A stretch of 64,000 nt of DNA, from assembly GCA_951406725.2 (NCBI GenBank), contig OX597818.1, positions 55,676,001 to 55,740,000 of the forward strand, given 5' to 3'. How positions within the stretch are numbered: the first letter of the stretch is position 1; each line of letters begins with the position of its first letter. The notes below the pieces were generated by a model. That model searched no databases and was not told where the DNA came from. It was given only the letters and a program-made list of their open reading frames with translations. This document shows positions 13,226 to 25,529 of the stretch, one piece after another. This DNA is from Octopus vulgaris (Eukaryota). Made by a program: the position numbers and the translations under genes.

Positions 13226-13729
13226 TTATATTTCTGTCATAACCATCCTGTCTTTTATTTAAACAGAGTGTATCTCTGACTACATCACTCATTGTGCTCC
13301 TCTATTTATAAGATGGTAGGATCCCTTTTGAAGGAGATTTGGCTGCTATTTCTAACAGGCTGAGTTACCTGTTTGAGTTCATTCAGTGACTCAAGTTCCC
13401 TTGTTCATGCTAGACGATCAGTTTCTTTGAGATCTTATCTAACGATTAGAAAACAATTAGAAAATGTAAATTCACTCAGGCTTCAAAAATTTAATGTAAA
13501 ACTGAATGTCAAGATTTTTTTTATTTTATCTATTTTTATTTACCCATGTGTGAAAAGTTGAAGGAAACCACAACAAAATAAAAAAAATTGTTGGCAAAGA
13601 TGAATTTTATATCTCAATGCCCTTCCTTACTGCAAACCACTCACACATCAAATAATAGATAGTAGAGACTTATTTAATCAGTTAGACAAACTAAGAAATG
13701 CTGTGTTACGTAAATTATTCAAAAGATAT

Positions 13730-14112
13730 AGGAGCACTCCGTCGGTTACGACGATGAGGGTCCCAGCTGATACGATCAACGGAACAGCTTGCTCGTGGAA
13801 TTAACGTGTAGGTGGCTGAGCATTCCACAGACACGTGTACCCTTAACGTAGTTCTCGAGGAGATTCAGCGTGACACAGAGTGTGACAAGGCTGGCCCTTT
13901 GAAATACAGGTACAACAGAAACAGGAAGAAAGAGTGAGAGAAAGTTGTGGTGAAAGAGTACAGCAGGGTTCACCACCATCCCCTGCAGGAGCCTTGTGAA
14001 GCTTTAGGTGTTTTTGCTCAATAAACACTCACAATGCCCTGTCTGGGAATCGAAACCGCGATCCTACGACTGCGAGTCCGCTGCCCTAACCACTGGGCCA
14101 TTGCGCCTCCAC
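13730..14112 (-). mobile_element. SINE-D (tRNA-derived; recalls octopus OR-type SINEs)
   Basis: Minus strand gtggaggcgcaaTGGCCCAGTGG...GGTTTCGATTCC (A and B boxes); 11 bp TSD tattcaaaaga. Confidence 0.9.
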
Positions 14113-14984
14113 TATTCAAAAGAACAATACTGAAGAATGCAAGCAATGGGAGAACCTCTGAGCAGTCATTCAGCTCGCTAGAAATAATAACCAAATCACA
14201 CAGTCTTAAAAAAGGAAGGACACATTACACAGTATTGTTTTAAATATATAGAAGTCAGGATTGCTATATATGGAATACATTTGCTCATAAGTTTGATTAG
14301 TACCGACTGGATATTACAATGCAACGACTAGTAAGGTTATAAGACCATGTAATTAGTAGTGCAGTACCTTAATCTCACTACATTTACACCAAATTAAATA
14401 TTTCTGCTTTATAAAAAATATATTTAGTTATATCTTTCCACTTGAACACACCTGACAAATAACAATTAAATTCTAGAAACTATTATCAATGGTATAATAA
14501 TAATTAGTGTAATTATATCTACGTTACTATTTGTATACCATTTCTTCGTGTGATTTTCTTGTGGTTATCACAACAAACTTGTATTTTTATCTTTAGACCA
14601 TTATTAGACAAATTTGAAGTGCAGCTTTTGTCCTATGAAGTTTAACTTGAAACAGGGTACAGAAATTAGACAGCTACTTATTGTTGTCTAAAGAAACGTG
14701 TTGATATTATCAGGTTTCTTAGTGACTGACGTCAGAGAGCTGTCACCTGGATTTGAAAGCTCTTGTAGGACAATGACTTGGGTTTAATTTTACTCCTTAT
14801 CGTCTCAGTAAAAAGTGCAACACCACTCAGATAACATACAAAAGGAAACAAGAAGGTGCAAATAAAATGTACTTTTATTCATCTCTTTATGTTGATGCAC
14901 ATAATGCAACTAATATGATTCTGATAGACAAATTAATCCATTTTTTACTTTATTTCTAACTCCAATATTTACAGCTAAAATTGT

Positions 14985-15222
14985 TGGTTTCAAATCTTGT
15001 CACAAAACCAGTAATTGTAGGGGAGGGTGTAAGTTGATTACATCAACCCCAGTGCTTGATGAATCCTTATTTTATCAACCCCAGTTCTTGACTAGGACTT
15101 AACCCCAAAAGGATGAAAAGCAGAGTAGACCTATGCAGAATTTGAACTCAGAATGTAAAGATGAACGAAATGCTGCTAAGCACTTTCCCCAGCATGCTAA
15201 TGATTCTGCCATCTCACTGCCT
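14985..15222 (-). mobile_element. Old SINE-B variant
   Basis: aaaaggatgaaaagcagagtagacc...gaatttgaactcagaatg. Confidence 0.75.
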
Positions 15223-15290
15223 TAGAATTAAAATTATTATTTTAAAAAATGTTGTATTTGTAATTGTGTATTTTGACTAATTTTGTTAAA

Positions 15291-15676
15291 CAGGAGTGGC
15301 TGTGTGGTAAGTAGCTTGCTAACCAACCACATGGTTCTGGGTTCAGTCCCACTGCGTGGCATCTTGGGCAAGTGTCTTCTGCTATAGCCCCGGGCCGACT
15401 AATGCCTTGTGAGTGGATTTGGTAGACGGAAACTGAACGAAGCCCATCGTATATATGTATATATATATATATATGTATGTGTGTGTTTGTCCCCCTGGCA
15501 TTGCTTGACAACTGATGCTGGTGTGTTTATGTCCCCGTCACCTAGCAGTTCGGCAAAAGAGACCGATAGAATAAATACTGGGCTTACAAAGAATAAGTCC
15601 CGGGGTCGATTTGCTCGACTAAAGGCGGTGCTCCAGCATGGCCGCAGTCAAATGACTGAAGCGGGTGAAAGAGTAA
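15291..15676 (+). mobile_element. SINE-A (young)
   Basis: caggagtggctgtgtggtaag...gggttcagtccc...ttgggcaagtgtcttc...gactgaa. Confidence 0.92.
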
Positions 15677-15858
15677 CTATTTTAAGAAAATTATTGATAT
15701 ATTAGTGCTGCTTTGAAAACACAACGAAAGGTAATGTGTCCATATAAAGATAAGATAACATGAGTATTTTTAAAGGTATAAATAACATGGAATATCAAAA
15801 TTTATCAAAATATTTTAAGAGATTACACAAAGAAATGTAATTCAACTCTTTAGAACAA

Positions 15859-16280
15859 ATCATCATCATCATCATCATTTAGTTTCAACTTTTCCATGTT
15901 TGCATGGGTCAGACAGAAATTGTTGAGGCAGATTTTCAATGGCAAAATACCCTTCCTGTTTCCAAGCAAAGTAATATTTCTCTGTTCTTAGTCGTGTTTT
16001 TCACTGCAGACTAGAAACAACAACCTCACTTGTATGACAATGGAGCTCATTTACAACCATTTGGTGATGTCTGCACAAGAGTAAGAGTATACATACATGT
16101 GCACCCTCACACACGACAGGTTTTTTTGTTTTTGGTTTCCCTCTACTACATCCACTCACAAGACTTTAGATGGCCTGGAGCTTTAATAGAAGACATTTGT
16201 CCAAAGTGCTGTGCAATGGGGCTGAACCCAAGACCACATGATTGGGAAGCAAACTTCTTAACCATATAGCTATGTCTACA
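15859..16280 (-). mobile_element. SINE-G (SINE-A head, RTE-like GAT tail), old
   Basis: (cat)n at the left end and a SINE-A-like head at the right; the middle is shared with the copies at 34200, 40030, 48530, 60400 and 63125. Confidence 0.75.
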
Positions 16281-17451
16281 CCAAGTTCATAGTTCATTGA
16301 AAATCTTCTGAAAGCTCATTCCATTGTGTGTATGCTGTATCAATACGGAATGTGATATAGATTTTTAACCTCATATATTACTGATTCAGTTGTTTTACAG
16401 TGTTTTTTTTATTGTTTTACATCCATTTTCATTGAAATATGAATGAGGTTGTCCTGGGTAAGGCATTAAACTGCATCCAGCAGTGATGTTCCATCTCAAG
16501 AGCTCTGGATTTTCGGGAAGTACGGAGTTACTCTTAGTCACTGCTATTTTCACATTTATTTTGACCCAGGATGGGAGCACTTGTCAAAAGCCTCCAGTTA
16601 TGGGTCAAATAGTGGCAGATGGTTTTAAAGCTACGTTGTACAGGATTTGGAGGAAAGCTGGCCTCTAGACATGTTGCACAGGCCCACTGGGTGTAGACAT
16701 GCTCTGCTGTCACATGAACCCTTTCTACAGGTTAAGTAGGCCCTAAATGTCAAGAGTGAGCAGGAGACTAACAGAGTGAAGTGTAAGAAAACCAACTGAA
16801 GGCAACAGGAAACCACTGCTGTATTTTTCTCAAGAAAAATCATGAATCTTTAGACTTTAGCATGAAGGTCCATGATTACCAACACCTGTGGCCATGACAC
16901 ATGAGAGATGAATGACATGGTCTATTTGTTGGATTAATTTGTTTTACAGGTGGACAGCCTTTCTATTGTTTACTCCTCACTGATGAAGTAGGGGTAGAGC
17001 CATGACTGCAATAGAGGCATTAAAATCTAGGATAGTAATTTCAAGTGTCTAAAAACAAAACAGGGAATGTAGTTGGCTACAGATGTGAACTGAATCTATC
17101 CAATAATGAGATCCACTTGTCTACTCTACTCTAATAAATGTATAGGTTTCTTCTAATTTTTTTTTCCTTTGAAATCTTTTTTTACATTTATTTTTTCTTT
17201 CTCTTCTCTCTGCCATCCACCCTGTGTTTTCACCTACAAATCTTACAACAAACAATATGTGCTCTTTTTACAAACATTTTAAGCCTTTATTAATAATTTA
17301 AAATCTGTCATGTTCAATTTCTTTGTTTTACAACTACAATTTGTACCACACTTACTTAGTTTTGACTAATTACAAGTATAAACAGCTGGAGACTTTAATA
17401 TATAATTTCTACTAAATATTAACAAAAGTTAAATGCTTATGGTAAGCTTAA

Positions 17452-17654
17452 CCCTTGTTTCCGTTTTTCTGTTGAAATACATTGCCTTTTCTTTCTATTA
17501 ATTTTGAAAATAATGAAGAATTTAGCAAAACTTTGTCCTTGGAACCTAAATTAACATGAAATTTTGATTGTAAGTTTTAATTTAAATCAGTTCAAAACAA
17601 GAATTTTGTATTATAGAACTAGGGATAATCTGAGGCAGTTTGGTTTCAAAAGAG
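17452..17654. mobile_element. piggyBac-type MITE (family 1, old)
   Basis: ttaa|ccctt...aagag|ttaa; homologous to the 19610 and 36379 copies. Confidence 0.75.
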
Positions 17655-17729
17655 TTAATGTGTTTATAATGAAGTTTCATGAAGTAAGTCACGGAGTAAA
17701 ATTTAAGAAAAAGCTATAATAATATTAAT

Positions 17730-18065
17730 AATAAGAGCACTCAGGGAGTGCAGGCCTCTGCCAAGGCAACACCAACATCCTCTCAATGATTAACCAGAGA
17801 TGATTTTTAAAATGAGAATACCTAAAATAAACTCGACTGCTCTCAAAAACAAGAATACTAAAAATGAACCCGACCACTCTCAAAAATTTAGTAAAAAAAT
17901 AATCCTGAATCCTTGTCCAGTCCAGATCAATCCCCAAAATCTAATCAGCTCATGTCAGTCATGAGGGCAAACATCCCTTAAAGTTTCATCTGAATCCATC
18001 TAATGGTTCTTGAGATAACTTGTCTACAGACAAACAAACAAACGCAACTGAAAACAATACCTCTG
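17730..18065 (+). mobile_element. Helentron-associated (HINE/DINE-1-like) non-autonomous element
   Basis: aataagagcactcag...cctctgccaaggc start, aagtttcatctgaatccatc, (caaa)n, then aaaacaatacctc; the terminal hairpin is missing. Assignment is from recalled architecture. Confidence 0.6.
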
Positions 18066-18350
18066 AAAATGGACAGTGCTTGCATGATGAACTCTTGTTT
18101 ACAACTATCATGCAAAGTCAGTGCAAGTAGACAGTAACACATGTAAGCTCGCATGCTTGAGCACGCACGCACGCACGCACGCGTGTGTGTACGTATGTGT
18201 GTCAGACAGGCTTCTTTCTATCTCCCAAATCCATTTGCAAGGCTTTGGTTGGCCTAGGGTTATAATTACAAGACACTAGCTCAAGATGGGATTGAACCCA
18301 AAACCATGTGGTTTCAAAGCAGACATCCTACCACACAGCCACACCTGTGT
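18066..18350 (-). mobile_element. SINE-G fragment
   Basis: SINE-A-type head at 18200-18350 joined to the G-type body. Confidence 0.7.
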
Positions 18351-19609
18351 ACTTGCGCATGCACACACACACACACACACATATGCATGTGCCCATGCGT
18401 TTATGTTTGTATATATTCATAACATGTATCTTCTAATATCCATTGTGAATATTTATTGAAGGTAAATACATGGGTACCTTAATTATTTCTATTTCTTATT
18501 ATTATTCAAGATTACGACTGAAGTATAAAATCACCTGATATGTAAAAAGGTGATGTTATCTCAATTTTTATTCATGTTTTTACAGTTGTTTACAGGTATG
18601 TGATGACAGAAAATTACTACTTGATATTAAATGATTTTAGTTTTAGCACAGTGTAGTGTATTTTAAGAGGTAAATACCAGGAAAGGCAGTGAGAGATAAA
18701 GGAAATTGTAGATAAACAAATGAAACATGCTTCGGATAGATATTTATATATTTGGCTTTTGGATAGACTAGAATCATGAAGTAGCAGATATAATTTGATA
18801 AAACAAAGTAATAAAAAATTATATTGTGGTAAGCGTATGTTGAAAAGATAATCTTTAAAGTGCATATGAATTGAATATTGTGAGATAAATAATTGTGAGA
18901 TTGTTGAATAGTATATTATAGAAGAGTTTTAACAGTCATTGTACCTTTAAGGAAATCATGCACACTCACAACAGATATAATGTTTTAGTTAAGAAACTAT
19001 GCTTTCACCTTTAGATGGATCTTCAGAAGCTAATAATAAAAGTTAAGACTATATCACAATTTTATTTCTTTAAAAAAAACAACCTATTAGGTATAAAGAC
19101 ACAGATAACTATCATCTATTTAGATACATGATAGTCTTTTATATCCTATGTTTACAAATTTCTATTCAGAATTGTGTTTTTAAAAAAAAAAGATCTCCAA
19201 TGCTTCAGTACTGTATAAGTCCCATAGTATTTTATTTCTATTATATGAGTTGGCATTTGTCAAAATCCTTCAGTGTAGTTCATACCAAATGTTCTAGTGT
19301 GTAGGATAATTAAGTTTAGGTTAGCCATAGACAATACACCAACAACAGTAATCTCTGTCTATACACTACTATCTGATGAGTAAATGGACCATTTTCCCAC
19401 TTGAATGGCAGCAACCTCACACTATCACAACTGTGACAAAATGAACACTGGCTAATCAAATGTGCATGGTGGTGGCTATGGGTATGGTTTGAAGAATGAG
19501 AAAGATGAAAACTCTTAGAATTCTGTAACAAATGAGCTAACCATTTGTAATACTAACTTCAGAAAACTAGCCAACAATCTTGTCACCCACTACTCAAGTA
19601 AACACTTAA

Positions 19610-19807
19610 CCCATTTGTTACTGTATTTCTGTTGAGAATCCTCTGTTTCTTTCAATTAGTTCTAAATATAACAAAGAATTTAGTAAAATGACTTCGTTAT
19701 AATTAATCTAGTGTTAGGAACATAAATTGTGACCAAGGTTTGGTGGAAGATTTTAATTCAAAACTTTTGTACTACAGAGCCAGAGGCGGTTTCAGGTATC
19801 AAAAGGG
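19610..19807. mobile_element. piggyBac-type MITE (family 1)
   Basis: ttaa|ccc...aaaaggg|ttaa. Confidence 0.88.
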
Positions 19808-19827
19808 TTAAATTAATCATTTGTTAA

Positions 19828-20035
19828 TCCTCTCGTTAACGTATTTATTTTGAGATGCTCTGTGTTTCTTTCAATTAATTTTAAATATAATAAATAATTT
19901 AGTAAAATAACTTAGTTATCATTAAGCTAGTGTTAGGAACATAAATTGTGGAAGATTTTAATTCAGAACTTTTGAAAACAAGACATTTGTACAACAGAGC
20001 CAGAGGCAGTTTCAGCCAGGTTGGTATCAAAAGGG
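19828..20035. mobile_element. piggyBac-type MITE (family 1)
   Basis: ttaa|tcctctcgtta...tatcaaaaggg|ttaa, same orientation as its neighbour. Confidence 0.88.
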
Positions 20036-21645
20036 TTAAGCCAGATAGACTTCACAGTCCCCAGGAAACTGGACAGACAAAGGATTGTGAATATTCTTTC
20101 CTTCATGAAGAATCTTAAACACAAGACAATTTGGTGTGGCAAAGGCAGGAAAACAAAGATTTTTATTCTTCAGAAAGGCATTAGGTGACATGTATCTTGA
20201 AAGAAGAAGAAGAATGGGACAGGCACACGCCTTACCACAGGCACCAGGTTTGTGATGGGAACAAGGTATCAACCAGATGAAGAGTGACAGAGTGGTTAGA
20301 TGATACTAGCTTGAGTAATAAAAGCCAAGAGATGGGCCTAGAAAGATTGGAAGAAAGGAGGAAACGGAACATTATCAGACAGCTTAATCAGAAGGCATAT
20401 ATGGCATGAGGGAAGCTAGAAATAAGGGGTTAAGCAATGTTCTGTGATAAAAGATTCATGTTTCAAATTGTAAAGCACTGTGTTAGGTGATTTAGATATT
20501 GTTGGGAAAAAGTGTTTGAAATGGCAGTGATGTACTTCACCTTTACTGAAAAGTAAGGCTTGGAGATGTTATGATAGGTTGAATGAAGAAAACGTGTGTG
20601 AGAAAGAGAGAGAGAGCTAGGAAGTAACCTTAAGTTGCTCTAGTGGAGGGACATGCTATTGAAATTAGCAACATGGCTGAAAGTGCAATTTGGGATATGA
20701 AAGTAGGAAAAGCAGCTGGATGATCAGGGATGAGATGATGAAAATATCTGGAAAAGTATGGCAGAGACAAGTCACTCACATAATCAGGACTGTGTCATAC
20801 CCAGTGACTGGCGATATAGTATCATCAATAACTTCAAGGGCAAACAAGAAGCCCTAAAACGAAGCAGCTACTGAGGCATGAAATTGACGGACCAGGTTGT
20901 GAAAATAATGGGAAGAGTTATATTGTGTGACTAATTAAGAAAAGAATGTGTTTAAGAATTTCACTTTGCAACCATGTTGTTCTAGATTTAATTCCATTGT
21001 ATGATACCTTGAGCAAGTGTCTTTTTACTTTTCCCTTACGAACAACAATATAAAAGGATTTACAAAGCATAGATAAGTAAAGGACAAATTTAAGAAACTC
21101 ATTGAGATTTATATACTTTCGAACATATATTTACTCATAATAATGTCGCTGTCTTTTTAAATTCTCATACAACTTCTTGTACAAGTTTTTTGTCTGTTTC
21201 TCTGTATTACTTGACAAGCCAGTTTTAACTATACCAGTAGTGTTAATATCAACAATCAAAAGAACATTTTGTACAAATTATCTCAGTTATGTAGACATTT
21301 TTTTTTTCATATTTTTATCCTTTTTTGATATTTGGCAAATGTCATATTTCATCTAAAAGCCAGCTTTCTCTGTAGCTTTACCCTTCTCCATAAATAAATG
21401 TGCTAATTAGTTCTGCTTTCTTAATGGTAAGATGGTAGTACTGGTTTCACTAAAACTACTCAATAATGTTAGATAGTTGCTACCACTCGTGTTTGCCTCT
21501 GCTTTCATCCCTTGACCACAGAAAACTGAACAGCACTTGGCGCAGTTTAAATGGCACATGAAGTTTTCTTCTATGGAAGAAAATTAATGATAAAACTGGA
21601 ATTTCTTTTTAATATGAATATTCAGTGCAAGAAGCAAAAAATATA

Positions 21646-22024
21646 CAGGGTGATTTAAAAGTCTCTATACATAGGAAAAATTTATTCCTTTTATAAAAAC
21701 AGTTTATAAGATCCCCCTGATCCCCTGATCTGACCCCTCTTGATTTCTATCTTTGGGGGCATTTGAAAGGCACAGTGTATATCGCAGAAAGATAAAAGAC
21801 ATAAATCATTTGAAGGAACGCATTACCAACTCATTTGCGCACGTATCACCAGATGTGCTTATTACGAGTTCACAGTGAGTGGGGGTTAAACATATTGTAA
21901 TGTGTATTCGAAACAGTGGTAACCATATAGAGCCTGTTAAATAATAATAAAAAACTGTTCTTATAAACTGCTTCTTATAAAAAGATAAATTACTCCTATG
22001 TATGGCGACTTTTGAATCACCCTG
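21646..22024 (+). mobile_element. Internally deleted Tc1/mariner-superfamily transposon
   Basis: TA TSD, about 65 bp TIRs (cagggtgatt.aaaagtc..catacatagg), and the transposase C-terminal remnant SPDLTPLDFYLWGHLKGTVY...KIKDINHLKERIT...GNHIE. Confidence 0.92.
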
Positions 22025-22270
22025 TATATTAGGAAAATAAAGAAAATTATTTGGTAACTTCTAAATATTATTTGCAAACTAGAATAATTATTATAACTTC
22101 AGCAGGATCACTTTACCAGTAACGTAGGTGGAGAAAGCAATGCTTTATGTGGGCAGCACTTTTGGATCTGCTCTATAAGTCTGTATAAGAAGAGGGTGGG
22201 AAACTCAAGGGCTGCCCCAGGTAGAATACACTCCAGTTTCACCACTGCTCTTTTCATTGTTTTACCTTAG

Positions 22271-22316
22271 ATACTCACAGTGTGGAAGATATCTTTGAAG
22301 AATGTCAGTGTGAAGG
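22271..22316 (+). CDS. Weak candidate exon (THSVEDIFEECQCEG)
   Basis: ttttcattgttttaccttag acceptor and gaagg|gtaatt donor; two frames are open. Confidence 0.25.
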
Positions 22317-22439
22317 GTAATTTTAAAATGGTTTTAAAGGAAACCCGTGAGTAAAACTCAATTTTGGTTAAACATTTTAATTTTAATTTTAGAGGAACTA
22401 TTTAGAAAAAAAGTTCTTCATTTTGGAAGAGATGAGTTG

Positions 22440-22541
22440 GGGTGTGTAATCCCAAGCAATGCCTGTTGTCTAGTGCAACTTCGGGCAAGTGTCTTCTACT
22501 ATAGCCCCAGTGGATTTGGCAGACAGAAACTGAAAGGAGCT

Positions 22542-22578
<37 letters not shown>

Positions 22579-23262
22579 CATTGGTCAGCCTGGGGCTATA
22601 GTAGAAGACACTTGCCCAATATATATATATTTAAGATCAATCCCAGGCCTGCCTGATGGGCTCCTGTGCCGGTGGCATGTAAAAAGCACTATCCAAACAT
22701 GATCGATGCCAGGCCCACCTGACTGGCTCCTGTGCCAGTGGCACATAAAAACATCATCCAAACATGATCAGTGCCAGACCCGCTTGATTGGCTCCTGTGC
22801 CAGTGGCATGTAAAAAGTACTATCCGAACACGATGCCAGGCCTGCCTGACTGACTCCTGTGCCAGTGGAATCTAAAAAGCACCCACTACACTCTCACTGT
22901 GGTTGGCATTAGGAAGCGCATCCAGCTGTAGAAACATTGCCAGATCAGATTGGAGCCTGGTGCAGCCTACTGGTTTGCCAGACCCGAGTCAAACCGTCCA
23001 ACCCATGCCAGCATAGAAAGCAGACGTTAAACGATGATGATAATGATGTTGATATATGTATATGTTTGTGTGTCTGTCTTTGTTCCCCACTACCGATATT
23101 GGTGTGTTTACGTCCCCATAACTTAGCAGTTCAGCAAAAGATACTGATTGAATAAATACTAGGCTTACAAAGAATAAGTCCTGTAGTCAATTCGTTCGAC
23201 TAAAGGCGGTACTCCAGCATGGCTGCAGTCAAAATGACTGAACCAAATAAAAGAATAAAAGA
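22440..23262 (+). mobile_element. Rearranged SINE-A with nested inserts
   Basis: Head 22440-22545, inverted SINE-A piece 22577-22619, RTE-3' insert, then the tail 23055-23262. Confidence 0.8.
22640..23050 (+). mobile_element. RTE-3' element with 4 tandem units
   Basis: ggctcctgtgcc(g/a)gtggca.taaaaa units of about 65 bp and a (gat)n tail. Confidence 0.88.
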
Positions 23263-23727
23263 AAAACAATGAAAGAATATTCACATAGATTTGTGCCCTT
23301 CTCTAATAAACTTATTGAAATGTCTTTATTTATGGGAAAACATTTCCAGTGAAATAATTGTCAGTTTTGTACACTGTTCAAATGCCATAAAATATTACAG
23401 CTGACTGTATGTACCTGAACTACTTTGTTATATTCTTTTATGGTTGATGCTGAAAAGAAAGCAATCTAAATATATATCCATGTTATGTGATCATAAAATA
23501 ATCTAAAGAACTGTTAAACACCGGTTCTCTTTTCCCTTTGAAATGACTCATTAAACTTTGTGTTAAACAGTTGTATTGTACTTCCCAATCATGTGGTTTC
23601 GGGTTCAGTCTCACTGCATGACACCTTGGGCGGACGTCTCTTGCTTTTGCCCTGGGCCTAGTTGACGAAGGCCCATTGTGCAAGTGCGTTTGTGTGTGGG
23701 TGTGTGTGTATGTACGTGTGTGTGTTG

Positions 23728-23975
23728 TGTATGGATAAGGACAGCTGTGTGAAAAAGTGTCACACCCTAGCAATAGAGGGAACCTGTGGAAGAGGTAGAC
23801 CCAGGAAGACCTGCGATGAGGTGGTGAAGCACAACCTTCGAATATTGGGCCTCACTGAGGTGATGACAAGTGACTGAAACCTCTGGAGATATGCTGTGCT
23901 TGAGAAGACCCGGCAAGTAAAATGAAACCATAGTCTATGCCAGTGAGCATAACCAGCCCATTTAAGAATACCCTT
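23728..23975 (+). pseudogene. RTE ORF C-terminus fragment (after a SINE-A head at 23575-23725)
   Basis: MDKDSCVKKCHTLAIEGTCGRGRPRKT...LGLTEVMTSD..LWRYAV; GRGRPRK is the typical RTE C-terminal motif. Confidence 0.85.
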
Positions 23976-24387
23976 CAATCATCTGTAGGAAGTCTTAAAA
24001 TAATTTATACACACATACTCATGCACATAAGTTTCTTGTCCCATTAGAAATTTAATTTTCTTTTGAAGACTTTCACTACTTTTTTTAGGATTCATATTCA
24101 TCATCACCACTAGTCACTTCATTGCTTTCCCCTTGTCATGCAGGTTTATTTAGTCTGTCATGTTTGATGGCTTGAACAGTGTTATCCAGCTTACAAGCCT
24201 CAAACTGACAATCTAGTTTCTCCACCCAGCTTTTTTGCATCACTGACTTTGTTTACTGCACCTTTGGTGGTGGATCGTGAAATAATGAGGGAAAGTTATG
24301 GAATTGGACATTGAAAATTATGTTTCATAAAAGTCATTGGTTCATATACAGTTAATATTGCCATAATTGTCTTACATTGTTATAAAT

Positions 24388-24739
24388 CAGTGGTTCCCAA
24401 ACTTTTTCAGGCTGCTGCCTCCTTGATTCTAAGGCCACATTCCTAGTGCTGCCACTCCCACTCACCATCATAGACATAAACCATTTTCTGCAACAAATTC
24501 AAAACAGTATTTCACAAAGAAAACTTAACTTAACCCTTTATTTTGTCTGTATTCTTTATTTTTTTTACATTCTTTGCCTTGTTTTGGTCACCCCATTATT
24601 ACCCTATTTTTCTTCAACGCCCCCACCCCACCCCGGATGGACTAATTAATAAACATGTATATTTATTTCAAATTTTGGCACAAGGCCAGCAATTTCGGGG
24701 TTGAGGTTAAGTCGATTACACCCACTTTGCAAACCACTG
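24388..24739. mobile_element. hAT (Charlie-like) MITE
   Basis: Termini cagtggttcccaaact and ctttgcaaaccactg; 8 bp TSD ttataaat / ttatagat. Confidence 0.75.
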
Positions 24740-24764
24740 TTATAGATGGACTAATTAATAAACA

Positions 24765-25180
24765 TACTCTTTTACTCTTTTACTTGTTTCAGTTATGTGA
24801 CTGTGGCCATGCTGGAGCACTGTTTTTAGTCAAGCAAATCAACCCCAGGACTTATTCTTTGTAGTACTTATTCTATCGGTCTCTTGTGCCAAACCGCTTA
24901 GTTACAGGGACGTAAACACACCATCGGTTGTCAAGCGATGTAGGGAGACAAACACAGACACGCAAACATACACACGCAAACATACACACGCACACATTCA
25001 TATATATATACATGTATACAACGGGCTTCTTTCAGTTTCCGTCTACCAAATCCACTCACAAGGCTTTGGTCAGCCCAAGGCTACAGTAGAAGACACTTGC
25101 CCAAGGTGCCACGCAGTGGGTCTGACCCAGAACCATGTGGTTGGTAAACAAGCTACTTACCACACAGCCACTCCTATGCC
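24765..25180 (-). mobile_element. SINE-A
   Basis: Full-length family match. Confidence 0.9.
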
Positions 25181-25529
25181 TATGTATATTGAGAAGAGTA
25201 TTTTGCTGTAAAAACAGTTGCTACAACAACTCATGGTATCACTTGAAGAACTATGTGTTATTTGATTAATGTAAAATTATGATTACAAAGAGATTAATTA
25301 TTGCAAAAGGTAAATTTTATGACTGTTCTAAGTAAATCTCATAAAATAGTAATTGTCGTTGTTTAGCTCCAATTCAGAATTGAGCTGGCAAGATCCTGGA
25401 CAAAGACATTCCAGCCACAGCCACCACATCTTCTTTTCAGACATACTATATATAGGATTAAATTGTTGAATGTGTCCTTTTTAACCCATAAAACGCTGGG
25501 CTTTGCACTTACATTAGCATGGACTGCTG

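Larger units (their letters stand above)
19440..20950 (+). pseudogene. Decayed RTE LINE ORF (APE endonuclease to RT start), split by a MITE pair
   Basis: VHGGGYGYG, NELTICNTNFRK and SKHL|SQIDF across the insertion; a later DMKVGKAAG segment is homologous to the region near 9800. Confidence 0.8.

Noticed and set aside
14040-14112. tRNA gene
   Set aside because: A/B boxes are present but there is no proper acceptor stem or terminator; it is a SINE head with a body and TSD.
18586-18595. 10 nt microexon (tttttacag TTGTTTACAG gtatgt)
   Set aside because: Too short to support without reads; such motifs arise by chance in AT-rich DNA.
21505-21590. U12-type branch point and acceptor (tcccttgaccacag)
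   Set aside because: No credible U12 donor was found upstream, and all frames stop without a donor.
22118-22247. Possible hAT MITE (cagtaacgtag...caccactg)
   Set aside because: The termini are too degenerate and there is no convincing TSD.
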